43,040 nucleotides of DNA from a bacterium (GTDB lineage Bacteria > Chlamydiota > Chlamydiia > Chlamydiales > 2-12-FULL-49-11). This document shows, piece by piece, positions 23,527 through 32,714 of the stretch; the first letter of the stretch is position 1; every line of letters starts with the position of its first letter. Location of the stretch: assembly GCA_022600215.1 (NCBI GenBank), contig JAHZKV010000012.1, forward strand, positions 1-43,040, written 5' to 3'. The translations under genes and the position numbers were made by a program. A model generated the notes under the pieces. That model had not been told where the DNA came from, searched no databases, and was given only the letters and a program-made list of their open reading frames with translations.

Positions 23527-25698
23527 TTAAGAAGGTGGGTTCCATCTAGGACTACGACTGTTTAGGGTAACACTTGCTCCAATACTTTGACTTCCGTCAC
23601 TATTTATGGATACTACAGTATAGATGGTAGATCCATCAACAGGATTATTATGACTTTCATATAGTCTTTCATCGGAAAGGTTATACTCTTGTACAAGTTT
23701 CCCATTTCTGTATACACGAAATCCTACCACGCCTTCGCTGGTGGTTGCTCCCCAGGTAATTCTATGTATGCGATCTTCAGCTAGGAGGGAGCGATTAGAG
23801 TAGGCGATGCCCCGTAGATCATTAGTGGGTGGATTTTGGGTAATAAGAGCGAGATCTTCTGTTACTGTCACCTCGCCGGTGCTGGAGATGGTAAATAAAG
23901 CACTTGTTTTGGTGATAAAACCTGTTTTTTTAGCTTGAACTTTATAGCTACCAGGGGAGAGGCCTCGAAGGATATATTCTCCATTACTTGTGGTTGGTAA
24001 GAAGTTAAAAAGGTGTGTTCCATTGCTAAGTATTTCAACGGTAGCGCCATCTAGTACTAAGCCTGTTCCCTCTTCGGTGATGGTACCCTCAACCGTGGAG
24101 GGCCCTGGAGACAGGGTAAAGTCAATATTTTCTGTGGTACTTCCTTGCGTGATGGTGACGGTATTACTAGCAAATTGATAAGGATTTTTTTGTGCATAGA
24201 TATCGTAGGTTCCTGGGGGTAGGCTTTCTAGCAAATAGTTCCCATTTTTATCTGTTATTACTGCTCCAAAAAGGGTGTTATTTTGATATATGGTAATATG
24301 TGCTCCTGAAGGGGATCCTCCTCCCGAAATAGTAACAGTACCAGATGCCTTTCCTGATCCTTTGATGAGATCAAATTTTTGCGTAGATATTTGATTAGCA
24401 GTTATAGATACGACGGCTTGTTGAATTTGGTAGTCTGTCTCGAGTGCAAAAATAGAATAGCTTCCTGGGGCGAGTCCTGTAAAGGAGTACGCTCCATTTG
24501 ATTGGGTAAGGATAGTTCCTAGTAGAATGTTATTTTGTAAGATATTTACTTTGGCACCGGCAAGGGGTTGTGAGTTGTTTGTTATGGTACCACGAGCAGA
24601 GCCAGGATTGGATCCAAGAGCAAAATCTATAGTCGTAGGGGTTACATCTATGATTTTTGCTTTAGCATAGCCTACTTCATGATTATCCCCGCTTGCATGA
24701 ATGACATATAAATCGCTAGATAGATTGGCAAAACCATATTGACCACTGCTGTCGGTGGTAGTGGTTAGTATATTCACACCGTTTAGTTGTAGGGTAACTT
24801 GTATTCCTTCGAGGGCTTTTCCTGTAGATTTGTCTGTAATGATTCCTGCGATAGAGCCGCCGCTTAAGGTAAGTTCTGGGTTAAACGTGGTATCAGTTCC
24901 AGTTTGGGCTAAAGATCCGTCCAGGAAAGTTTGATAACCTTCAGCGGTAACAATAATATTGTAAGAGGTTTCTGCAAGCCCTGAAATGGAATAATATCCA
25001 GCGGCGTTGGTAGTGGCTGATCCAAATAGCTCACCATATTGTTCCACTTTAATAAGAGCTCCTTCGATAGGCGCACCTCCTACAGATGCGGTAACAGTGC
25101 CAGAGATAGAGCCATCAAAAGGAGTAAGATATATATTTTCATTGACTAAATGGCTATCAGTTAAATCAAAAGAAATAGAATTGGTAATGTAATTACTAGC
25201 TGATGCTTGTAAAGTATAGCTACCAGTATTATTAAGAAATGCGGTGTTATACTCACCTTCGACATTTGTGGTATAGGTATCGATTGTAGTCTGATCTAGT
25301 TGTAGTTTTACGGTAGCATTTTCTATCCCAATACCTGTTGAGCTATCGATGATTTCTCCTGATACATTATAACCCCAGGTAGAAGGGGCAAAATAACTAA
25401 CTACGTTAGAAATATTTTTGCTACTGTTGGGATATTCATATTTTTCTAATATAAATCCATTCTTTTCTAGCGTGAGAATATAGTTTCCATTTGGAAGGTT
25501 TTGAAATTCGTACTGTCCGTTTGCACCGCTTGTAGAGGTATACTTTTCTCCTGTATTAGTGTTTATAAAGGTAGCTAGCACCCCTTCTACTGGTAGGCTA
25601 TCGTAACTGTTTACCACTCCTGCGGTAAAATCAAAAGAGCATAGGGAAGAGGGCAAGATTGTTAGTAGGAATGAAAGAAGAATTGAAATAATTCGCAT
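23527..25698 (-). CDS. Large secreted repeat protein, paralog 3: signal peptide + about 7 CarboxypepD_reg/Cna-B-like repeats + FN3-like C-domain
   Basis: The repeat signature G-x-[VI]-x-D…G-x-P-[IL]-x-GA-x-V…[TS]-[TD]-x-x-G-x-Y-x-[FI]-x-x-L-x-x-G-x-Y recurs about 7 times. The C-terminus …YSNRSLLAEDRIHRITWGATTS…GFRVYRNGKLV… looks FN3-like. Confidence 0.75.
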   Translation of the reverse strand: MRIISILLSFLLTILPSSLCSFDFTAGVVNSYDSLPVEGVLATFINTNTGEKYTSTSGANGQYEFQNLPNGNYILTLEKNGFILEKYEYPNSSKNISNVVSYFAPSTWGYNVSGEIIDSSTGIGIENATVKLQLDQTTIDTYTTNVEGEYNTAFLNNTGSYTLQASASNYITNSISFDLTDSHLVNENIYLTPFDGSISGTVTASVGGAPIEGALIKVEQYGELFGSATTNAAGYYSISGLAETSYNIIVTAEGYQTFLDGSLAQTGTDTTFNPELTLSGGSIAGIITDKSTGKALEGIQVTLQLNGVNILTTTTDSSGQYGFANLSSDLYVIHASGDNHEVGYAKAKIIDVTPTTIDFALGSNPGSARGTITNNSQPLAGAKVNILQNNILLGTILTQSNGAYSFTGLAPGSYSIFALETDYQIQQAVVSITANQISTQKFDLIKGSGKASGTVTISGGGSPSGAHITIYQNNTLFGAVITDKNGNYLLESLPPGTYDIYAQKNPYQFASNTVTITQGSTTENIDFTLSPGPSTVEGTITEEGTGLVLDGATVEILSNGTHLFNFLPTTSNGEYILRGLSPGSYKVQAKKTGFITKTSALFTISSTGEVTVTEDLALITQNPPTNDLRGIAYSNRSLLAEDRIHRITWGATTSEGVVGFRVYRNGKLVQEYNLSDERLYESHNNPVDGSTIYTVVSINSDGSQSIGASVTLNSRSPRWNPPS

Positions 25699-25718
25699 AG
25701 AAAAATACCTTTTTTTAA

Positions 25719-27833
25719 TTATTGTAGTTGTACAATGTCTCCATTGCTTTGTGATCCATCGGAGTTTACCGATACAACGGTATAGATGGAGGCTTCATCA
25801 ACAGGGTTGTTATGACTTTCATATTCAAGCGTGTCATTGAGTCCAACGCTAGCTACAAGCTCGCCATTTTTATAGACTCTATATCCTGTCACTTCAGGAG
25901 AGGTGGTTGCGCTCCAGGTAAGTTTATGGATACGATCTTCTGCTAGGAGCGAGCGATTAGAATAGGCAAAGCCTTGTAGATTGTTGGTTGGGGGATTACT
26001 TGAGTAGAGGGCAAGGTTTTTTATTCGATCACTTCCTGAAATAGAGAAGGGGGATGTTTCTTCTGGTACGTACCCATTTTTGGATGCGCGTACTATAAAA
26101 GTTCCATTGTATAGCCCATGTATGTTGTATTCTCCATTGTCCTGAGATACGGTATATTCAAAGAAGTTGCTGGATTGGTCAAGTATTTCTACTACTACTT
26201 CTTCCAGAGGGTCACCTGTTTGTGCATCGGTAATGGTTCCAGAAACTTTTGAGCCTCCACTAACTAGAATAAAATCTTTGGTGGATGTGCTTCCTTCGGT
26301 TACCGTAACGGTACTGTTGGAAAATTGAAAATTTGCTGCTCCTGCATTGATGTCATAAGTTCCTGAGGCAATACCATGTGCAACATAGTTTCCATCATTA
26401 TCGGTAATTTCCTCATCAATAACAACTCCGCCGGAGGTGATTTTTACGTGCGCTCCTGGAATGGGGTCCCCAGAACCGGAGGCAGTGACTCTCCCTGAAA
26501 CAGTTCCTCCTCCTTCTACAAGGCTAAAGTTGGCATTTGCGGTGAAGGAAGAGAGTATTTGTACTTCTGTAACTTGTGTAATGTAGCTAACATCGCTGGC
26601 ATACACTATGTAGGTTCCAGGGGCAAGGCCTGTGAAGCTATAGTTGCCGTTAGAGTCTGTGATGCCGCTTTTTACTATAATGTTACTTTGCTTGATGTTG
26701 ATGGTAGCTCCTTGGAGGGGGAGCCCACCGGAAGAGACTATTCCGGAAATAGATCCGGGGTTATTACCTAGGGTGAAATTGATAATGACAGGAGTTACAC
26801 CAACTATTTTTGCTTTGCTATATCCTGTTTCATGGTTGTTTCCACCTGCAATTACAATGAATAGATCTTCACTTAAGGAGTTAAAAGAGTAAGAACCATC
26901 TGTCCCTGTGCTAGTTGTTTGAATATTGACACCGTTTAACCATAATTGCATCTCAATATTAGCAAGGGGCGCATTTAAGTCTTTATCGATAACAATTCCA
27001 GAAATGGTGCCACTACCAAGAGTTAGTAGGGGATTGAAAGTAGTGATGCCGGTAATTGCAACCACCCCTTGTAGGTACGTTCTATATCCATCTGCTGTGA
27101 CAACACCATCATATGATCCTGGAGAAAGCCCTCCAATGGAGTACATTCCTGAGCTGTCAGTGGTAGCATAGCCTGCTGTTTGCCCATTTAGTTGAAGGGA
27201 GACAAGCGCATTTTCTATTGGCGTGAGGGAACCGCTTGCTTTTACTGTTCCTGAAACAATAGCTTCTGTGACGGTGGATTTTAATGCTAGAGTAAAATTT
27301 TCTCTAGTGGAGTTAGTAATGGAGCTACTTTTGGATTTATAGTCATCTGCAGAGGCGCTAATTTTATAGCCTGAGTCAAAAGAATGCATGGGAATAGAAA
27401 ATTTCCCACTGCTGTCTGTTGTAGTTTGATAGACAGGGGTATCAAAATAGGTTAACACTACTGTGGCGTTTTCTATCCCAGCTTTAGTAGTTTTATCTAC
27501 AATAGTTCCTGTAGAGGGGTTGTTTAAGATAGAAAGTATGATTGCAGGTTCAAAGTCTTTAGTTATCTTTCCCCAACCATTAACATTTAGAGCGTATCCT
27601 TCTTTAAATACTACAGCAGTATAACTAAACCCTGAGGGAATAGAAACGGAAATTGGGCTATCTCCTGTTTTTTGATATGTTGCGTAGCTACTGGTATCTA
27701 CAAGAGTCAAGGTTGCATTGTCGATAGATTGTATGCCCCTCCTTATGTCTCCTGTAAAGGTAACATCAGTAGAGAAGAGATGTTGGGGTAGAAGGAATAT
27801 TAAAAATGTTAAGTATAAAAGACACTTTTTCAT
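25719..27833 (-). CDS. Large secreted repeat protein, paralog 2 (same architecture)
   Basis: 704 aa with a signal peptide, collinear with paralogs 1 and 3. Only 20 nt separate it from paralog 3, so co-transcription is likely. Confidence 0.75.
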   Translation of the reverse strand: MKKCLLYLTFLIFLLPQHLFSTDVTFTGDIRRGIQSIDNATLTLVDTSSYATYQKTGDSPISVSIPSGFSYTAVVFKEGYALNVNGWGKITKDFEPAIILSILNNPSTGTIVDKTTKAGIENATVVLTYFDTPVYQTTTDSSGKFSIPMHSFDSGYKISASADDYKSKSSSITNSTRENFTLALKSTVTEAIVSGTVKASGSLTPIENALVSLQLNGQTAGYATTDSSGMYSIGGLSPGSYDGVVTADGYRTYLQGVVAITGITTFNPLLTLGSGTISGIVIDKDLNAPLANIEMQLWLNGVNIQTTSTGTDGSYSFNSLSEDLFIVIAGGNNHETGYSKAKIVGVTPVIINFTLGNNPGSISGIVSSGGLPLQGATINIKQSNIIVKSGITDSNGNYSFTGLAPGTYIVYASDVSYITQVTEVQILSSFTANANFSLVEGGGTVSGRVTASGSGDPIPGAHVKITSGGVVIDEEITDNDGNYVAHGIASGTYDINAGAANFQFSNSTVTVTEGSTSTKDFILVSGGSKVSGTITDAQTGDPLEEVVVEILDQSSNFFEYTVSQDNGEYNIHGLYNGTFIVRASKNGYVPEETSPFSISGSDRIKNLALYSSNPPTNNLQGFAYSNRSLLAEDRIHKLTWSATTSPEVTGYRVYKNGELVASVGLNDTLEYESHNNPVDEASIYTVVSVNSDGSQSNGDIVQLQ

Positions 27834-27975
27834 ACAAAATCCTGCTCGTAGTTGTTTGAAACTTGCAGTATTGCATAATGAGGGCTGGAGGAAAGTGAGT
27901 TAATGCTTGGCTTTAGAAAGAATGAATGTGTAAGATTGCGATTCATAAAGTAAATTTTAAGTTCAATTATATTTT

Positions 27976-27997
27976 TTGTAAATATTTATATTTACAA
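27976..27997. promoter_or_regulatory. Perfect 10-2-10 palindrome TTGTAAATAT-TT-ATATTTACAA
   Basis: Read directly from the sequence. It lies in the 216-nt spacer between paralog 1 (stop 28050) and paralog 2 (start 27833). Confidence 0.35.
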
Positions 27998-28049
27998 GAT
28001 ATGCAAGGCATTTAACAGGGGAGTAAGAGAATGTATGTATAAAAAATCT

Positions 28050-30173
28050 CTATTGCAGCTGCACACTTGCTCCATTGCTTTGTGATCCATCGGAGTTTAC
28101 CGAAATAACAGTATAGATGGAGGCTTCATCGACAGGATTGTTATGACTTTCATATTCAAGCGTGTCATTTAATCCAATAGAAGCAACAAGCTCTCCATTT
28201 TTGTAGACTCTATATCCTGTCACTTCAGGAGAGGTGGTTGCTCCCCAGGTGAGTTTATGGATACGGTCTTCAGCAAGAAGGGAACGATTTGAATAGGCAA
28301 TGCCCTGTAGGTTGTTGGTTGGGGGATTGTTGGTGTAAAGAGCAAGGTTTTTAGTTGTATTTCCTGATAGGCTAAAACTATCAGTTTGCTCTGTAACATA
28401 CCCAAGAGCTGAGGCTTGTACGACAAAGGTGCCATTGTAGATACCATTGATTATATAGTCACCATTACCTTTGGAAACGGTATATTCAAAGAAATTACTT
28501 CCTTGGTCGAGAATTTCTACGACTGCTTCATCAATTGGGTCACCAGTTTGTGCATCGGTAATAGTTCCAGAAACACTTGACCCACCAGTGATTAAAGAGA
28601 AATTTACCACAGTTGGGGAGCCTCCAGAAATAACGGAAGCAGAATCTGTTTTGAATTGGTAGCCAGTTGCTCCAGCTATTACGTCATATAGGTTAGTAGG
28701 TAGTCCTTCTGCCAGGTAATTTCCACTGCTATCGGTAATCTCTTCATCAATAACTACACCATTTAGAGTAACTTTCACATGTGCACTTGGAATACCACTT
28801 CCTCCATCTTTCACAGAGCCGGTAATGCTTCCTCCACCTGGAAGAAGATCAAAATTTTGCTGCGTGGGAAATGGAGATTGAATGACTACAGTTTTAACAC
28901 TTGTCTGATATCCACTCTCAATTGCATAAACTAGATAGGTTCCTGGAGCTAATCCTGTAAAACTGTAAGTTCCACTGGCATCTGTGATGGTTGTTTTAAT
29001 AGCGATGTTTGCTTGTTTGATATTTACGGTTGCACCAGCTAAGGGAGCACCACTACTCCTTACAATTCCTGACACACTGCCAGGGTTGTTCCCTAATGAA
29101 AAATTGATGGTTACTGGATCGGTAGTTACTACCTCAGCTTTTCCATAGCCAGCCTCATGTTCATTCCCACCAGCAATTACAATATATAGAGCGGAGCCAA
29201 GATTTGAAAAATGATAGGTACCGTCAGAACCAGTAGTAGCTGTTTGGATGTTTACCCCATCTAACCATAAGTTGATTATTATGCCACCTTGAGGATTGCC
29301 TGTATCATCATCTATTACCGTTCCAGAAATACTTCCTCCGCCAAGAGTAAGAGTGACGTCATATGTTATGGGAGGTCCAATGGTGGTCTGGACACCTGTG
29401 AGTAATGAATTATATCCATCAGCATTGACGACAAAGTCGTAAGAAGCTGTTGATAATCCTCCTATTGTGTAGTTGCCTGAGGAGTCAGTAATGTCGGAAT
29501 TAATTGTTTTGCCATTTGCCTGTACGGAAACAAGAGCTCCCTCAATTGGATTCATGGTGCCATCTGCTTTGACTTGCCCCTGCAAAATAGCTTCATTAGG
29601 TGATAAAGCAATTTTCATGTCGTCTTTTCTGGTTGATTGATCAACACCGACGGATTTTGCTTGGTAGTCAGTAGCCTCTACGGAAATAGTAAATGTGTCT
29701 GTTCCAAAGTCGCTAATGGGGAAGGAATATTTACCATCACTATCCGTCGTAGTGCTACTTACTTGAATGTTGTTTCTATTTAAGTAAACGGTGGCATTTT
29801 CAATCGTATCTCCAGTTTGTGAATTACTTACTGTTCCAGAAGGTTGACGATTTTGGGTAGAGATGGTGAAGGTATGCTGCGTGCTTTTATTTATAGTGAT
29901 ATCCTGAAATGCCATAGCGTAGCCAGTTTTAAAAACGGTGATGGTGTAACTATTGGTCGATAAAGGGCTGAGGGAGGCTTTTCCAAAAATATCTGTGGTA
30001 TCGGAAGTACGTTCAAGAGTGCTTGTATTAATTGCAGTTACTTCTGCACCTCTAATGGTAGGCAAAGAACGTGGCCCAATAGAGGCTTGTACAGTAGCAA
30101 TGTATGTGCTACTGCTGAAAAGCAATGAGGTTTGTAATAGTAAAAGCGCAAAGATAGTCTTAAATGATTTCAT
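28050..30173 (-). CDS. Large secreted repeat protein, paralog 1 (same architecture)
   Basis: 707 aa with a signal peptide. The C-terminal ~90 aa are nearly identical to paralog 2, while the body is much more diverged. Confidence 0.75.
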   Translation of the reverse strand: MKSFKTIFALLLLQTSLLFSSSTYIATVQASIGPRSLPTIRGAEVTAINTSTLERTSDTTDIFGKASLSPLSTNSYTITVFKTGYAMAFQDITINKSTQHTFTISTQNRQPSGTVSNSQTGDTIENATVYLNRNNIQVSSTTTDSDGKYSFPISDFGTDTFTISVEATDYQAKSVGVDQSTRKDDMKIALSPNEAILQGQVKADGTMNPIEGALVSVQANGKTINSDITDSSGNYTIGGLSTASYDFVVNADGYNSLLTGVQTTIGPPITYDVTLTLGGGSISGTVIDDDTGNPQGGIIINLWLDGVNIQTATTGSDGTYHFSNLGSALYIVIAGGNEHEAGYGKAEVVTTDPVTINFSLGNNPGSVSGIVRSSGAPLAGATVNIKQANIAIKTTITDASGTYSFTGLAPGTYLVYAIESGYQTSVKTVVIQSPFPTQQNFDLLPGGGSITGSVKDGGSGIPSAHVKVTLNGVVIDEEITDSSGNYLAEGLPTNLYDVIAGATGYQFKTDSASVISGGSPTVVNFSLITGGSSVSGTITDAQTGDPIDEAVVEILDQGSNFFEYTVSKGNGDYIINGIYNGTFVVQASALGYVTEQTDSFSLSGNTTKNLALYTNNPPTNNLQGIAYSNRSLLAEDRIHKLTWGATTSPEVTGYRVYKNGELVASIGLNDTLEYESHNNPVDEASIYTVISVNSDGSQSNGASVQLQ

Positions 30174-30215
30174 AGAATAAACTTTATAATATTTTAAATA
30201 TTTTTTGCAAATATT

Positions 30216-30722
30216 TTATAAAGTTATCTTGTCTTTAATATTAGAAAGGAGGGCCTTTAGAATTTTCTCATGGTCTAGTTTTTTTCTAGTCTCGATGAAG
30301 AGGGAGGTGGCAGGTTGATCTATTTTTGAAAGATCTTCTTCTGTCTGCTCAATATTAAGGCCAATGCTGGTGATAGCCTTTCTATCGATAATTTCCGAAA
30401 GGATTCCAGAGAGCTTTTTCCCGTGTATCATGAGATCGTTTGGATGCTTAAAAGTTATGGGAAGATGGAGGGAGAAGAGAGCCTCTTTTAGAGCTAGAGC
30501 CCAAATTTGAGATAGGTAGGGGATCTTGTCTTTCTTTGGGGCATCGTATACGATGGAAACGAGTAAGGAGCTGTTTTCTTTTGCAATCCAAGGATCATTT
30601 TTTCTTCCTATTCCACTTGTTTGGAAGCTTGCAGAGATGATGGTGATTTCATTGAAATTTTCTATGTTCCTTTTTGCGTATAGGTGAGTGGAATCAATTT
30701 TTTCAAAATGTATTCTTTTCAT
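30216..30722 (-). CDS. birA: Biotin-protein ligase (short, catalytic domain only)
   Basis: …FEKIDSTHLYAKRN…, …QTSGIGRKNDPW… (GRGRxxxxW-type motif), …KHPNDLMIHGKKLSGIL…. Confidence 0.75.
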   Translation of the reverse strand: MKRIHFEKIDSTHLYAKRNIENFNEITIISASFQTSGIGRKNDPWIAKENSSLLVSIVYDAPKKDKIPYLSQIWALALKEALFSLHLPITFKHPNDLMIHGKKLSGILSEIIDRKAITSIGLNIEQTEEDLSKIDQPATSLFIETRKKLDHEKILKALLSNIKDKITL

Positions 30723-30752
30723 AAGCCCATTTATGGTATATGATAAAAGGTT

Positions 30753-31880
30753 ATGTGGGAACCGAAATATTTACGTAGAATTGATTTGCGTTTATTGCTG
30801 GTGGTAGTGCTTTTGATGTGCGCTAGCATTTTAGTAATTTTAGCAACAACGCAGCCAGAGAATGCAGAAGGCCTGGTCTTTACAAGGCTTTGTAAAAATC
30901 AGCTGCGAGCTTTTGGACTTGGTCTTTTTGTCTTCTTTTTTCTTGCCTGTTTTGACTACCGAAAATTGCGTGGATATACATGGTTTTTTTATGTAGGAAC
31001 GATATTTCTCCTTTTAGGGTTATTTTTTGTATCACCTATTCATAATGTTCGAAGATGGTACAGATTGCCTTTCCTTCCTTTTGATTTGCAGCCTTCAGAG
31101 ATTGCAAAGCTTGTGGTAGTGATCACCCTTAGCTGGTATTTAGAAAGAAATATGGAGCGTGTAAAAAAGTTTTCTACCTTTTTAAAAGGATCGCTCATTG
31201 TGTTTATTCCTTTTGCGCTGATTTTAAAGCAGCCAGATTTAGGAACGGCTTTGGTGCTTTGTCCTATAGCTCTTGCAATGTTTTATATTGGTGGAATTGA
31301 TGGGAGAATTTTGAGAGGATTATCCTTTTTTGGCCTAGCAATAATGTCTCTTGTTTTATCTATTTATATGGGAGTTTTTTCTCATGATGATCTTCGCCCT
31401 GTGTTTACGAAAGTAATGAAAGAATATCAATATGAAAGACTCAACCCAAATACCTTTCACCAAAAGGCTGGTCAAACAGCAATTGGGCTAGGGGGATATT
31501 TAGGGAGTGGTTTTTTAAAAAGTGAATATACTGGTAATAAGTTTTTACCGTATGGCTATACCGATTCTGTATTTCCTGCCTTTGCGGAAGAGTTTGGTTT
31601 GGTGGGCGGGGTGTTGTTGCTCTTATTATTTTTTAGTTTAATTTATTTTAGTTTTCAGGTAACAGGGGTAGCAAGGGACTATTTTGGTCGATTGCTTGCA
31701 TCAGGAATTGCTATATATATTGCGATGCATGTGATTGTAAATATTGGGATGATGTGTGGTTTTCTTCCCATTACTGGAGTGCCCTTGATTTTAATAACCT
31801 ATGGGGGGTCTTCAGTGCTTGCTACGTTTGTTGCTCTTGGTCTTCTGCAAAGTATTTACGCAAGAAGGTTCACATTTTGA
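30753..31880 (+). CDS. rodA: SEDS-family peptidoglycan polymerase RodA/FtsW
   Basis: 375 aa, about 10 TM segments. Motifs …RRWYRLPFLPFDLQPSEIAKL…, …QPDLGTAL…, …TDSVFPAFAEEFGLVG…, …GVPLILITYGGSS…. Confidence 0.9.
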   Translation: MWEPKYLRRIDLRLLLVVVLLMCASILVILATTQPENAEGLVFTRLCKNQLRAFGLGLFVFFFLACFDYRKLRGYTWFFYVGTIFLLLGLFFVSPIHNVRRWYRLPFLPFDLQPSEIAKLVVVITLSWYLERNMERVKKFSTFLKGSLIVFIPFALILKQPDLGTALVLCPIALAMFYIGGIDGRILRGLSFFGLAIMSLVLSIYMGVFSHDDLRPVFTKVMKEYQYERLNPNTFHQKAGQTAIGLGGYLGSGFLKSEYTGNKFLPYGYTDSVFPAFAEEFGLVGGVLLLLLFFSLIYFSFQVTGVARDYFGRLLASGIAIYIAMHVIVNIGMMCGFLPITGVPLILITYGGSSVLATFVALGLLQSIYARRFTF

Positions 31881-32326
31881 AAGTACATCATTTTTTTAGT
31901 AAAGATAAATGGATTGGAGAGGGAAATATCCTTATAGAAGGGGAAGATACTTCGTGTCCAATGCATATGAAAATGGAGATGAAAGAGGCAAATGAAAAAA
32001 ATCCAGTGTATGAATTTACAACAGAAATGCATATGCAAGGTTTTGACGAGGTGGTGGTGAATAGTTATACGATCACGATGCACCGCCAAAATAAGTTCCA
32101 TGTCTTGATCTATGGAGAGAATTGGGGGTATGTAGAAGGGGATGGTTTTGTCAAAGAGGATTTTATTGGCTGGGAAGTGACCTCTTTAGATGGGGCATTT
32201 CATGGATTTGAGTCTTTGGAATTGAAGAAGAGTGGAGAGATTGCATTCTTTGGAGAATATGCTGCTGAGGGGATGAGAACTAAAATAGAAGGGTTATTGA
32301 CAAGCTATGAAAATATTTCGTACTAA
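31877..32326 (+). CDS. Hypothetical ~150-aa protein (possible small beta-barrel)
   Basis: The ORF continues past the rodA stop. A plausible TTG start at 31877 overlaps the rodA TGA (TTGA); the first downstream ATG codons are in MHMKMEMK. No motif recognised. Confidence 0.4.
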   Translation: MKVHHFFSKDKWIGEGNILIEGEDTSCPMHMKMEMKEANEKNPVYEFTTEMHMQGFDEVVVNSYTITMHRQNKFHVLIYGENWGYVEGDGFVKEDFIGWEVTSLDGAFHGFESLELKKSGEIAFFGEYAAEGMRTKIEGLLTSYENISY

Positions 32327-32642
32327 TTGGTTGTGGTTATTTTTGCTTTTTGGCGCAGTTTCTTGCGCTACGCGATCTGCAAAAGTGATTACGATGAAGA
32401 GCTATCTTCAAGTAGAGAATGGGGAAACAAGAGAGCAGGTCTTGCAGCAGTTTGGGGAGCCTTTTTCCATTGAAATGAATGATAGTGGTGTAGAGGTCTT
32501 TACTTATATTGAGCGCTTTTTCATGAATGGAGAAGTGTATGATTCAAGGTATTACTATTTTTATATCAAAGATGGGAAGGTAATTGGCAAAGTTGCTACT
32601 AGTGAGCCTGCTCCACTGCAGATCAATTCAGATGATTTGTAA
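32307..32642 (+). CDS. BamE/SmpA-OmlA-like outer-membrane lipoprotein
   Basis: Lipobox FGAVS-C. Small domain with …GETREQVLQQFGEP…, resembling SmpA/OmlA. Confidence 0.55.
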   Translation: MKIFRTNWLWLFLLFGAVSCATRSAKVITMKSYLQVENGETREQVLQQFGEPFSIEMNDSGVEVFTYIERFFMNGEVYDSRYYYFYIKDGKVIGKVATSEPAPLQINSDDL

Positions 32643-32714
32643 CACATTATAAATTAATTATTTGAAACAAATGGAGCTTCATGATACTTTTTTCTTTACT
32701 AAAAGAGAGGGGAT

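Noticed and set aside
23359-23565. 68-aa plus-strand ORF.
   Set aside because: It is antisense to the FN3-like relic, whose minus-strand translation is clearly homologous to the C-termini of the three repeat proteins.
23527-30173. Periodic repetition that might suggest a CRISPR array or tandem DNA satellite.
   Set aside because: The periodicity is about 250 nt and is visible mainly at the protein-motif level, within three long intact ORFs. There are no short identical direct repeats separated by unique spacers.
31754-31876. Upstream part of the 190-aa ORF overlapping the end of rodA.
   Set aside because: This part is an out-of-frame overlap with the conserved RodA C-terminus. The real gene most likely starts at or after the rodA stop.
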